Source of the DNA: an uncultured Acidobacteriota bacterium
GTDB lineage: Bacteria > Acidobacteriota > Thermoanaerobaculia > Gp7-AA8
NCBI GenBank assembly: GCA_963741955.1
Contig: CAVUKB010000005.1
Location: 480,001 to 544,000 of the forward strand
Direction: 5' to 3'
DNA: 64,000 nt
The notes under the pieces were generated by a model that was not told the origin of the DNA, searched no databases, and saw only the letters and a list, made by a program, of their open reading frames with translations. Each line of letters begins with the position of its first letter. The first letter of the stretch is position 1. The position numbers were made by a program, and so were the translations under genes. Below are positions 27,507-36,477 of the stretch, one piece after another.

Positions 27507-28223
27507 TCAACTGGGAAGGCTCTCGGGCTCGTCACCGCGCAGGCTCGCCCGGCTGAAGCCGAGGTTCGAGATCGGCCCGCCGCCGTCCGCGGACGCCACG
27601 ATCAGGAAATCGGGCCCCCACCACTCGTAGAACATCACTTCTTCATCGCCGTCGACGAATGACGGCTCGCCGAGAGCATCGACCAGCTGCGACACCTGCA
27701 GACTGGCGCATGAGAGGCGACTCCCGTCGGGCAGGACCAGCGATGGAACGGCGCCTTCGGCGGTCGCGCCGTCGACGTCCGTCCAATCGAGAGCGAGATC
27801 GATCAGATGGTCCTCCTCCGGGGCCGGACACTCCTCCATCTCCATCTCCTCCAGGAGCGGTTCGATGGGGATCGATTCGTGTGTGCGGCAGCCGGCGCTC
27901 TCGAAAGCATCGGCAGTGAGGAGATTGATCTCCTCCACTTTCATCAGCATCTCGTCGCGATCGTAAAGACACTCCTCGTCGGAGAAAAAGACCAGTTGCA
28001 GGGTCACCGGCGGCTTCGGTTCACGCCGGACTCCCCAGAGCGATCGTCGGGTCACGCCGAGGATGCGCTCGACGTCAGCGCGCGTGTCGTGGATCGAGAG
28101 CGCACCGATCCGTCCTTCGGAGAGGAAGATCTCCGGGGCGCCGAGCCTCTCGATCGGCCAGCCTCGCTCCGCCGATCCCATCAGATCACCTTCGATCAGA
28201 ACCTCTTTCGTCTCATCGCTCAT
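27507..28223 (-). CDS. Acidic hypothetical protein
   Basis: Protein-like ORF from MSDETKEVL; no motif recognised. Confidence 0.55.
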   Translation of the reverse strand: MSDETKEVLIEGDLMGSAERGWPIERLGAPEIFLSEGRIGALSIHDTRADVERILGVTRRSLWGVRREPKPPVTLQLVFFSDEECLYDRDEMLMKVEEINLLTADAFESAGCRTHESIPIEPLLEEMEMEECPAPEEDHLIDLALDWTDVDGATAEGAVPSLVLPDGSRLSCASLQVSQLVDALGEPSFVDGDEEVMFYEWWGPDFLIVASADGGGPISNLGFSRASLRGDEPESLPS

Positions 28224-28679
28224 CGGAACCGTTCTCCTGATTCGCGTCGTACCCGGGGACATGAAATTCCTCTGGCCTACTCTCGAAGCATACCCCCTCG
28301 TCCACATTTCTCGCGTGATGTCGGCATGATCCCGCGGCAGCATATGTCGAATGCCTTACATCGAGACGAACCGCGCGCACGGCGTCACGCCGGGATTACG
28401 ACGCGACTATGGAACGCGGACCGTGACCTCGGGCACCACACGGAACGCGCGCGCGGAGAGATCCGTCGCGTTCTGCGAACCGGGACGGCATGCTCCAGGC
28501 GATTTCAGACCGACGATGAGGCTTGATTACGGCCGCGGCCTGACCTCGGGACGCCATTCGAGCCGTTCCTGAATGGCCTGCGGAATTCGGGGCATGGCGA
28601 TCGCAAAGCCGCAACTGGTAACCCACCGTCGACGCAATATACTACCGGAGACTTCAGTCTCCGCTCCGAAGGACTCGCC

Positions 28680-30521
28680 ATGGAATCCCACATCGAACGC
28701 GCCGACCTCGCGCGCATCGTCATCGTCGCGCTCGCGAGCGCCGCGGTCTGGTTCCACCTCTGGGAGCCGTTTGCCCGCGTCAGCCTCATCGGAATCGCCG
28801 CCGCGCTGATCGGAATCTACCCGATCCTCGAGGAAGCTCTGGAAGCGATCGCGGCGCGCCGCATGACGATGGAGCTCTCCATGACGCTCGCGATCGTCGC
28901 AGCGCTCGCGATCGGACAGTTCTTCACCGCTCTGATCATCATTCTCTTCGTCCTCGTCGCCGAAGTCCTCGAAGGGATGACCGTGGGTCGAGGACGCCGC
29001 GCGATCAAGGACCTCCTCGATCTCCTTCCCCGCAGCGCCACTGTGCGGCGGGACGGGAGCGCCCACGAGATCACTGCGGCCGACCTGGAGGTCGACGACG
29101 TCGTGATCGCGAAGCCCGGCGCACGCATTCCGGTCGACGGCGTCGTGGTTGCGGGAAGCTCGTACGTCGATCAGGCGCCGATCACCGGCGAATCCGTTCC
29201 GGTGAGGAAAGTGAACGGAGTCACGGTGTACGCCGGCACGATCAACCAGACCGGCGCTCTCGAGATCCGCACGACCGGGATCGGTCGCGATACCGCCTTC
29301 GGCAAGATCATCGAGGCGGTCGAAGCCGCAGAGCGTTCGCGCGCGCCGATCCAGAAAACCGCTGACCGCCTCGCCGGCTATCTCGTCTACTTCGCCCTCG
29401 GCTGTGCCGTGCTCACCTTCCTCGTCACGCGGAACCTCACTTCGACGATCTCGGTGATCATCGTCGCGGGCGCGTGCGGCGTCGCGGCAGGAACCCCTCT
29501 GGCGATCCTCGGGGCAATCGGACGTGCGGCGCGCGAGGGGGCGATCGTCAAGGGTGGTCTGTACCTGGAGATCCTCAGCCGCGTCGACACCGTGGTGCTC
29601 GACAAGACCGGAACCGTCACCTACGGCAGACCCGAGCTCACTGCGATCCATCCATTGCCCGGCAGCTCCGAACCGGAAGTACTCGCCGCAGCAGCGATTG
29701 CGGAGCGCTCCTCCGAACATCCGTTGGCGCGAGCCATTCTCGAACGCGCAAAGGAGCATGATCTTCCCGTCATCGAGGCGGATACCTTCGCCGCGATTCC
29801 CGGTCGAGGAGTCGTCTGCTCGATCGACGGCGAGGAGATCGTCGTCGGCAACAGGAGCTTCTTCACCGAGCGCGGGATCACGATGCCCGGGACTCCCGAC
29901 GCGTTGGAACACTCCTCGGAAGTCCTCGTCGCACGCGGCGGCCGCATGCTCGGGTCGCTCGAGATCGCCGATCGCCTGCGGCCGGAAGCCGTCGCGGCGG
30001 TCGCGGCACTACACCGTCTCGGCGTGCAGACGGTTCTCCTCACCGGCGATACAAGGCCGATCGCTGAAGCGATCGCGCGCGAGCTCGGCATCGATCGAGT
30101 GGAAGGAGAGCTCCTCCCCCAAGCGAAGCTCGAGCGCATCAAGGCGCTCAAGAGCAGCGGACGGAGGGTCGCGATGGTTGGTGACGGCATCAACGACGCG
30201 CCTGCGTTGATGGAGGCCGACGTCGGAATCGCGATGGGGTCGGGGACCGACGTCGCGCGCGAGAGCGCCAGCATCATGCTCCTGGGAAACGATCTCCGCC
30301 ACTTCGTCGAAACGCTCGAGATCGCACGCCGCACCCACCGCATCATCATGGCGAATTTCAGCGGGACGGTCGCAGTCGACGCGATCGGCGTCGGTCTGGC
30401 CGCGTTCGGCCTCCTCAATCCCCTCTTTGCGGCTTTCATACACGTGACGTCGGAGCTCGCGTTCATCCTCAACTCGGCGCGGCTCCTTCCCGCCGCCTCG
30501 CGTACGCGGACGACCACGTGA
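28680..30521 (+). CDS. Heavy-metal P1B-type ATPase with atypical GACG membrane motif
   Basis: TGES, DKTGT, SEHPL, TGD, GDGINDAPAL; VAGACGVAAGTP where CPC is usual; no N-terminal HMA domain. Confidence 0.92.
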   Translation: MESHIERADLARIVIVALASAAVWFHLWEPFARVSLIGIAAALIGIYPILEEALEAIAARRMTMELSMTLAIVAALAIGQFFTALIIILFVLVAEVLEGMTVGRGRRAIKDLLDLLPRSATVRRDGSAHEITAADLEVDDVVIAKPGARIPVDGVVVAGSSYVDQAPITGESVPVRKVNGVTVYAGTINQTGALEIRTTGIGRDTAFGKIIEAVEAAERSRAPIQKTADRLAGYLVYFALGCAVLTFLVTRNLTSTISVIIVAGACGVAAGTPLAILGAIGRAAREGAIVKGGLYLEILSRVDTVVLDKTGTVTYGRPELTAIHPLPGSSEPEVLAAAAIAERSSEHPLARAILERAKEHDLPVIEADTFAAIPGRGVVCSIDGEEIVVGNRSFFTERGITMPGTPDALEHSSEVLVARGGRMLGSLEIADRLRPEAVAAVAALHRLGVQTVLLTGDTRPIAEAIARELGIDRVEGELLPQAKLERIKALKSSGRRVAMVGDGINDAPALMEADVGIAMGSGTDVARESASIMLLGNDLRHFVETLEIARRTHRIIMANFSGTVAVDAIGVGLAAFGLLNPLFAAFIHVTSELAFILNSARLLPAASRTRTTT

Positions 30522-30525
30522 CGAG

Positions 30526-30581
30526 GTTGCGAGTCGTCCGTTGCGGGTTGCCAGTTGCGAATTGCGAATTGCGAATTGCGC
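30526..30581 (+). repeat. Degenerate 7-bp tandem repeat, 8 units (RTTGCGA)
   Basis: GTTGCGA GTCGTCC GTTGCGG GTTGCCA GTTGCGA ATTGCGA ATTGCGA ATTGCGC. Confidence 0.75.
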
Positions 30582-31277
30582 AAACCGGTCCACGCTGCTC
30601 CTCTTCCCCGAAAGTCGCCACTTCGTTCAGCCGCCGCCGCCACGCGGCGGTTCGGAGATCGACGAATTGAGGCGGAGCCCCCATGAGCGGGCGACACACT
30701 TCACCCACGAAGCGCTACCCAATCCCACTCGGCAGGACCTCCCCTCTCCCCGTCCGCACTCATGACCTTCAGCCGAGATCCGTCATTCGGGGAGAGGGAA
30801 GGGTGAGGGGCAACCCCGAAAGTTCATCTCGTGGATCGTGCGATGGCTTCCCCTCACCCCCTGGCCCCTCTCCCCGAATAGCGATTCCCGACTGACGATG
30901 AGGATTGCTGACGGGGAGAGGGGAGAGCGACCGTCGCGAGTGCGGAACGACTTCGGCTTACGGGAGCGCCGCTCACTCCCACTCGTGCCACACTCCGCCG
31001 AGCCCGAAGGGCGCCACCTCGTTTAGCCGCCACCGTCAGGCGGCGGTTCGGAGATCCAGAAATAGAGGTGCGAGCCCCCGTGAGGGGGCGACACACCATC
31101 TGCTTCTCCTGAACGAATCCGAAATGGCCAAGGCGAGCAACTCCCGTGAGATTCCGACGCCGCAGCGGATCGCCTCATCGCCGCTCCCCTCAAGGGCCGC
31201 CGCGGCCGTTACGGCGGAAGCCGTGCAACCCCGCTGAGATATGCGCGAGCTCGCGCGGGTTGGTTCGCCTGAAATGA

Positions 31278-31304
31278 AAAAGGCGCCCGCGAAGGGCGCC
31301 TTTT
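31278..31304. terminator. Intrinsic terminator (bidirectional shape) downstream of the POT transporter
   Basis: AAAAGGCGCCC-GCGAA-GGGCGCCTTTT. Confidence 0.85.
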
Positions 31305-31324
31305 CGTTTCACTCGGTTCGTGGT

Positions 31325-32818
31325 TCAGGGGGCGGGGGCGGATGCGACGGCTTCCGCTTCCGGATCGGTCGGCGCCTGGCTCGCAATCGACAGGCGCTTC
31401 ATCATCGGGATCATCGCCGCGGCGATCAGAGTCCCGAGCACTGCAACGTACCCGAGCTTCATGAAGAGGTTCGTATAGAGCGGCAGCGACTGCACCGGAT
31501 CGGTCACGTTCGCGGGGACGCTGGCGAATGTCGCCACCATGCTGCCGAGGTATTGCGAGATTCCGGTGGCCAGGAACCAGACGCCCATGATGAATCCGCG
31601 CAGGTTCGGTCCGACGTATCGGGCGACCACGGCGAGTCCCAGTCCGCTGATCAGCAGCTCACCGAGCGACTGGAAGCCGTACCCGGTGATCATCCACCAG
31701 AACGAGACCCGTCCGGCATGGGCGAAGTGTCCGCTGAAGCCGTAAGTGAAGAATCCGAGAGCGAGAATCGCGAAGCCCATCGCGAACTTCGTGGCGATGT
31801 GGAAGTCGCCCTTCCCCTTCCCGAGGTGGTTGTAGAGCCACGCGAGCGGTGGGCTGAGGGCGAAGATCCAGATCGGATTGAGCGCCTGAACCTGACCGGC
31901 AGGGACGTTGTAGCCGAAGAAATTCAGGTCGACATTACGCAGCGAGAAGAGGGTGAGCGAGGTCGACATCTGCTGGTAGAAGATGAAGAAGAGCATCCCC
32001 TGCGCGGTGAGAGCGAGAACTGCGAGGAGTCCCTTCTTCTCGTACTCCGTTCCCTTCCTCATCATGATTCCGAAGATCGCCAGCATGGCGAGGAACGCGA
32101 GGACGACGATCCCGCGGGCGACGTCGCGATTCTGGATGATGAACGTGACTGCGACGGTTCCGATGGCGATCCCGATCAGCACGAGGAACAGCCTCTTGAA
32201 GCTGAGCGGCTCGAAGTCGGGAGCGGATCCGACGTGGGAGAGGTGCTTCTGCATGATGAGGTAGTTGATGATGCCCACCACCAGACCGATCGCACTGACT
32301 GCGAACGCGGTGTGCCATCCGTACGCGATGGCGATGAGCGGGGTGGCGATCTGCGAGAGGGTCGCGCCGATGTTGACCGCCATGTAGTACATGGTGAACG
32401 CGCTGTCGATCTTCGCCGAGTCGCCTTCGTAGAGTTTCGAGATCAGGTTCGCAGGATTGGCCTTGAACACGCCGCCGCCGACTGCCACCAGCCCGAGGGC
32501 CGGGAAGAGAAGCGCGTCGTAGTTGGGGATGGCGAGCATGGTGTAGCCGCCGGCGAGGAGCACCGCGCCGAGGATGGTGGTGCGGCGGCTCCCGAGGAGC
32601 TTGTCACCGATCCAGCCGCCGATGGCCGGGATCGCGTACGCCAGGGCCGCGAACGCGCCGAACGTCAGGTTCGCGCGATCATCGGTGTAGGCGAGCTTCT
32701 GGACCATGAAGAGGACGACCACTGCGGTCATGCCGTAGTAGCCGAACCTCTCCCACATCTCGATGAGGAAGAGCGTGGTGAATCCCATCGTCTTCGAAGA
32801 GTTGCGAGGTTCTGTCAT
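31325..32818 (-). CDS. POT/PTR-family proton-dependent di/tripeptide transporter
   Basis: ExxERFxYYG motif (EMWERFGYYG); GGWIGDKLLG; YYMAVNIGA; 14-TM layout. Confidence 0.95.
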   Translation of the reverse strand: MTEPRNSSKTMGFTTLFLIEMWERFGYYGMTAVVVLFMVQKLAYTDDRANLTFGAFAALAYAIPAIGGWIGDKLLGSRRTTILGAVLLAGGYTMLAIPNYDALLFPALGLVAVGGGVFKANPANLISKLYEGDSAKIDSAFTMYYMAVNIGATLSQIATPLIAIAYGWHTAFAVSAIGLVVGIINYLIMQKHLSHVGSAPDFEPLSFKRLFLVLIGIAIGTVAVTFIIQNRDVARGIVVLAFLAMLAIFGIMMRKGTEYEKKGLLAVLALTAQGMLFFIFYQQMSTSLTLFSLRNVDLNFFGYNVPAGQVQALNPIWIFALSPPLAWLYNHLGKGKGDFHIATKFAMGFAILALGFFTYGFSGHFAHAGRVSFWWMITGYGFQSLGELLISGLGLAVVARYVGPNLRGFIMGVWFLATGISQYLGSMVATFASVPANVTDPVQSLPLYTNLFMKLGYVAVLGTLIAAAMIPMMKRLSIASQAPTDPEAEAVASAPAP

Positions 32819-33094
32819 ACGAAATCGTCCTGTTCCTTCGTGTATTCAGGGGTTGAACGGAAGATGGACCGCATCCGAACACCCCGGGAATCGCATCATA
32901 CCGCGTTCGCACGCGGAGTCCCCGTGACCGGTCGAGGCGCCGGGCGATCCAGCCGGAACGGCCGGAGCCGAGCGTCGCACTCTTCTCCCCGGATTGCTGA
33001 AAATTTTCGGAACATGCAACCGGGCGAAACAATTGCGGAAGGGAAACGACGGGTGGGTCGGACGCGCGGCGCACGGCCAGGTGCGATCGCATCT

Positions 33095-33715
33095 TCACGG
33101 CGCGAGACGCTCGATCCGCCATCCGTGCGGCTCGCGTGCGTACACCAGGCGGTCGTGCAGACGGCTTGGCTGTCCCTGCCAGAACTCGAAGCGTGACGGA
33201 ACGATCCGGTAGCCGCCCCAGTGCGGCGGACGAGGGACTTCGCGCCCTTCGAATTCCTTTTCGAATCGCGCGACGAGATCCTCGAGCTGTTCGCGCGTCG
33301 CGAGAACTTCGCTCTGTTCGGAAGCCCATGCACCGATCTGGCTCCCGCGCGGACGGCTCGCGAAATACGCGTCGGACTCCTCGGGGGTGACCATCTCCAC
33401 CGTTCCTTCGATGCGCACCTGGCGTCCGAGCTCCTTCCACCAGAAGAGCATCGATGCGCGGGGATTCAGCGCGAGCTCGTCTCCCTTGCGGCTGCGATAG
33501 TTCGTGAAGAAGACGAAGCCGAGCTGGTCGAAGCTCTTGAGCAGTACGGTGCGGGAGGAAGGAACGCCGTCGGGCGTCGCGGTCGAAACGACCACTCCGT
33601 CGTGGAACGGGATCTCGAGCCGCATCACTTCGTCGTACCAGCGGCGGAACTGCTCGACCGGATCGGGGGCGAGATCGTCTTCGAGGAACGGGTGCGGCTC
33701 GTACTGATCCACCAT
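33095..33715 (-). CDS. pdxH: Pyridoxamine 5'-phosphate oxidase
   Basis: PSSRTVLLK, FFTNYRSRKG, RQVRIEG, YFASRPRGSQIGAWASEQS, FEFWQG..SRLHDR, RLAP. Confidence 0.96.
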   Translation of the reverse strand: MVDQYEPHPFLEDDLAPDPVEQFRRWYDEVMRLEIPFHDGVVVSTATPDGVPSSRTVLLKSFDQLGFVFFTNYRSRKGDELALNPRASMLFWWKELGRQVRIEGTVEMVTPEESDAYFASRPRGSQIGAWASEQSEVLATREQLEDLVARFEKEFEGREVPRPPHWGGYRIVPSRFEFWQGQPSRLHDRLVYAREPHGWRIERLAP

Positions 33716-33742
33716 GTCGTGGATAGTAGCAGACGGGAATGG

Positions 33743-36152
33743 GGGTTGGGTCCCGCGACGCCCTGTTCGGTGCGAGATGCGAGGATCGTCCCGAAAGTCG
33801 AGAGATGAACGGACCGTGGCGCGAGAGGAGCGATCTGCGTTTCTTTGACGCCATCGCTCCCCGGCAGGATGCCGGGGAGCCTCGCGCGGGACGCGCGACC
33901 CACTTTCGCGCGACCCACCTGTAGTGGGTTGGACGTCCCGTCCGATGCCCAGTGGGTTGGACGTCTCGTCCGATGCAGGGCGGCGTCCCGCGCCGCCCTG
34001 TTCGGTGCGAGATGCGAGGATCGTCCCGAGAGTCGAGAGACACGAACGCACCACATCGCGAGAGGAGCAATCTGCGTTTCTTTGACGCCATCGCTCCCCG
34101 GCAGGATGCCGGGGAGCCTCGCGCGGGACGCGCGACCCACTCGGAGTGGGTTGGACGTCTCGTCCGATGCAGGGCGGCGTCCCGCGCCGCCCTGTTCGGT
34201 ACGAGATGCGAGGATCGTCCCGAGAGTCGAGAGCTGAACGCACCACATCGCGAGAGGAGCAATCTGCGTTTCTTTGACGCCATCGCTCCCCGGCAGGATG
34301 CCGGGGAGCCTCGCGCGGGACGCGCGACCCACTTTCGCGCCACCCACCTGTAGTGGGTTGGACGTCCCGTCCGATGCCCAGTGGGTTGGACGTCTCGTCC
34401 GATGCAGGGCGGCGTCCCGCGCCGCCCTGTTCGGTGCGAGATGCGAGGATCGTCCCGAGAGAAGAGAGCTGAACGCGCTGCGGCGCGAGAGGAGCGATGC
34501 GCGTTTCTTTGACGCCATCGCTCCCCGGCAGGATGCCGGGGAGCCTCGCGCGGGACGCGCGACCCACTTTCGCGCCACCCACTTGTAGTGGGTTGGACGT
34601 CCCGTCCGATGCCCAGTGGGTTGGACGTCTCGTCCGATGCAGGGCGGCGTCCCGCGCCGCCCTGTTACGGTGCGAGATGCGAGGATCGTCCCGAGAGTCG
34701 AGAGACCGAACGCACCACATCGCGAGAGCAACAATCTGCGTTTCTTTGACGCCATCGCTCCCCGGCAGGATGCCGGGGAGCCTCGCGCGGGACGCGCGAC
34801 CCACTTGGAGTGGGTTGGACGTCCCGTCCGATGCAGGGCGGCGTCCCGCGCCGCCCTGTTACGGGCAAGGTACGACGGTCGTCCCGAGAGTCGAGAGACC
34901 GAACGCACCACATCGCGAGAGCAACAATCTGCGTTTCTTTGACGCCATCGCTCCCCGGCAGGATGCCGGGGAGCCTCGCGCGGGACGCGCGACCCACTCC
35001 GCGCGCGACCCACTGTAGTGGGTTGGACGTCCCGTCCGATGCCCAGTGGGTTGGACGTCTCGTCCGATGCAGGGCGGCGTCCCGCGCCGCCCTGTTCGGT
35101 GCGAGATGCGAGGATCGTCCCGAGAGTCCAGAGCTGAACGCACCACATCGCGAGAGGAGCGATGCGCGTTTCTTTGACGCCATCGCTCCCCGGCAGGATG
35201 CCGGGGAGCCTCGCGCGGGACGCGCGACCCACTTGCAGTGGGTTGGACGTCTCGTCCGATGCAGGGCGGCGTCCCGCGCCGCCCTGTTCGGTACGAGATG
35301 CGAGGATCGTCCCGAGAGTCGAGAGACACGAACGCACCACATCGCGAGAGGAGCAATCTGCGTTTCTTTGACGCCATCGCTCCCCGGCAGGATGCCGGGG
35401 AGCCTCGCGCGAGACGCGCGACCCACTTGCAGTGGGTTGGACGTCCCGTCCGATGCAGGGCGGCGTCCCGCGCCGCCCTGTTCGGTACGAGATGCGAGGA
35501 TCGTCCCGAGAGTCGAGAGACACGAACGCACCACATCGCGAGAGGAGCAATCTGCGTTTCTTTGACGCCATCGCTCCCCGGCAGGATGCCGGGGAGCCTC
35601 GCGCGGGACGCGCGACCCACTCGGAGTGGGTTGGACGTCCCGTCCGATGCCCAGTGGGTTGGACGTCCCGTCCGATGCAGGGCGGCGTCCCGCGCCGCCC
35701 TGTTCGGTGCGAGATGCGAGGATCGTCCCGAGAGTCGAGAGCTGAACGCGCTCCGGCGCGAGAGGAGCGATGCGCGTTTCTTTGACGCCATCGCTCCCCG
35801 GCAGGATGCCGGGGAGCCTCGCGCGGGACGCGCGACCCACTTTCGCGCCACCCACCTGTAGTGGGTTGGACGTCCCGTCCGATGCAGGGCGGCGTCCCGC
35901 GCCGCCCTGTTACGGTGCGAGATGCGAAGATCGTCCCGAGAGAAGAGAGACACGAACGCACCACATCGCGAGAGGAGCAATCTGCGTTTCTTTGACGCCA
36001 TCGCTCCCCGGCAGGATGCCGGGGAGCCTCGCGCGGGACGCGCGACCCACTCCGCGCGCGACCCACTCGGCGCGACCCACTCGACGCGCGACCCACTTTC
36101 GCGCCACCCACTCGGCGCGCGACCCACTCCGCGCGCAACCCACCTGTAGTGG
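33743..36152. repeat. REP/BIME-like tandem array A: 11 units of ~192-237 bp
   Basis: Unit: GTGGGTTGGACGTCYCGTCCGATGC-AGGGCGGCGTCCCGCGCCGCCCTG-[~85 nt core]-GCTCCCCGGCAGGATGCCGGGGAGC-CTCGCGCGGGACGCGCGACCCAC. Confidence 0.93.
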
Positions 36153-36159
36153 ATTTGCG

Positions 36160-36447
36160 TTACACCCCTTCGATCAGGATCATCTCCGTCGACGCGCTCG
36201 CCTGGCGGAGTTTCTTCGCCTCGGCGTAGCCGGGAGAGCTCCACCACGCCCGTGCCGCGTCGCTGGTCGGGAACTCCAGAATCACCAGGCGGCGAGGCGA
36301 CCAACTCCCTTCGAGCGTCTCGACCTTCCCCCCTCGAACGACGAAGCGTCCGTCGAACGGAACGAGTGAGGGAGCGGTCATGCTCTTGTAACGGTCGTAG
36401 GTTTCCGGATCATGGACATCGATCTGAACGAGGACGAACGCGGGCAC
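36160..36447 (-). CDS. DUF1330 family protein
   Basis: GRFVVRGG..E.LEG.W...RLVILEFP...AARAWW.SP.Y. Confidence 0.9.
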   Translation of the reverse strand: MPAFVLVQIDVHDPETYDRYKSMTAPSLVPFDGRFVVRGGKVETLEGSWSPRRLVILEFPTSDAARAWWSSPGYAEAKKLRQASASTEMILIEGV

Positions 36448-36477
36448 GACAACCTCCGGTCTGAATTGGACGCGAGT

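Noticed and set aside
33743-36152. CRISPR array (also considered for 57168-59680 and 22049-22245)
   Set aside because: Intervening sequences are near-identical rather than unique spacers, units are mostly 190-246 bp, and there are no cas genes in the window.
33625-36304. Long repetitive ORFs (837, 481, 396 aa etc.) and N-terminal extensions of pdxH and the LRR protein
   Set aside because: Products of stop-poor GC-rich repeats that are open in several frames on both strands; the same applies to ORFs in 57077-59930.
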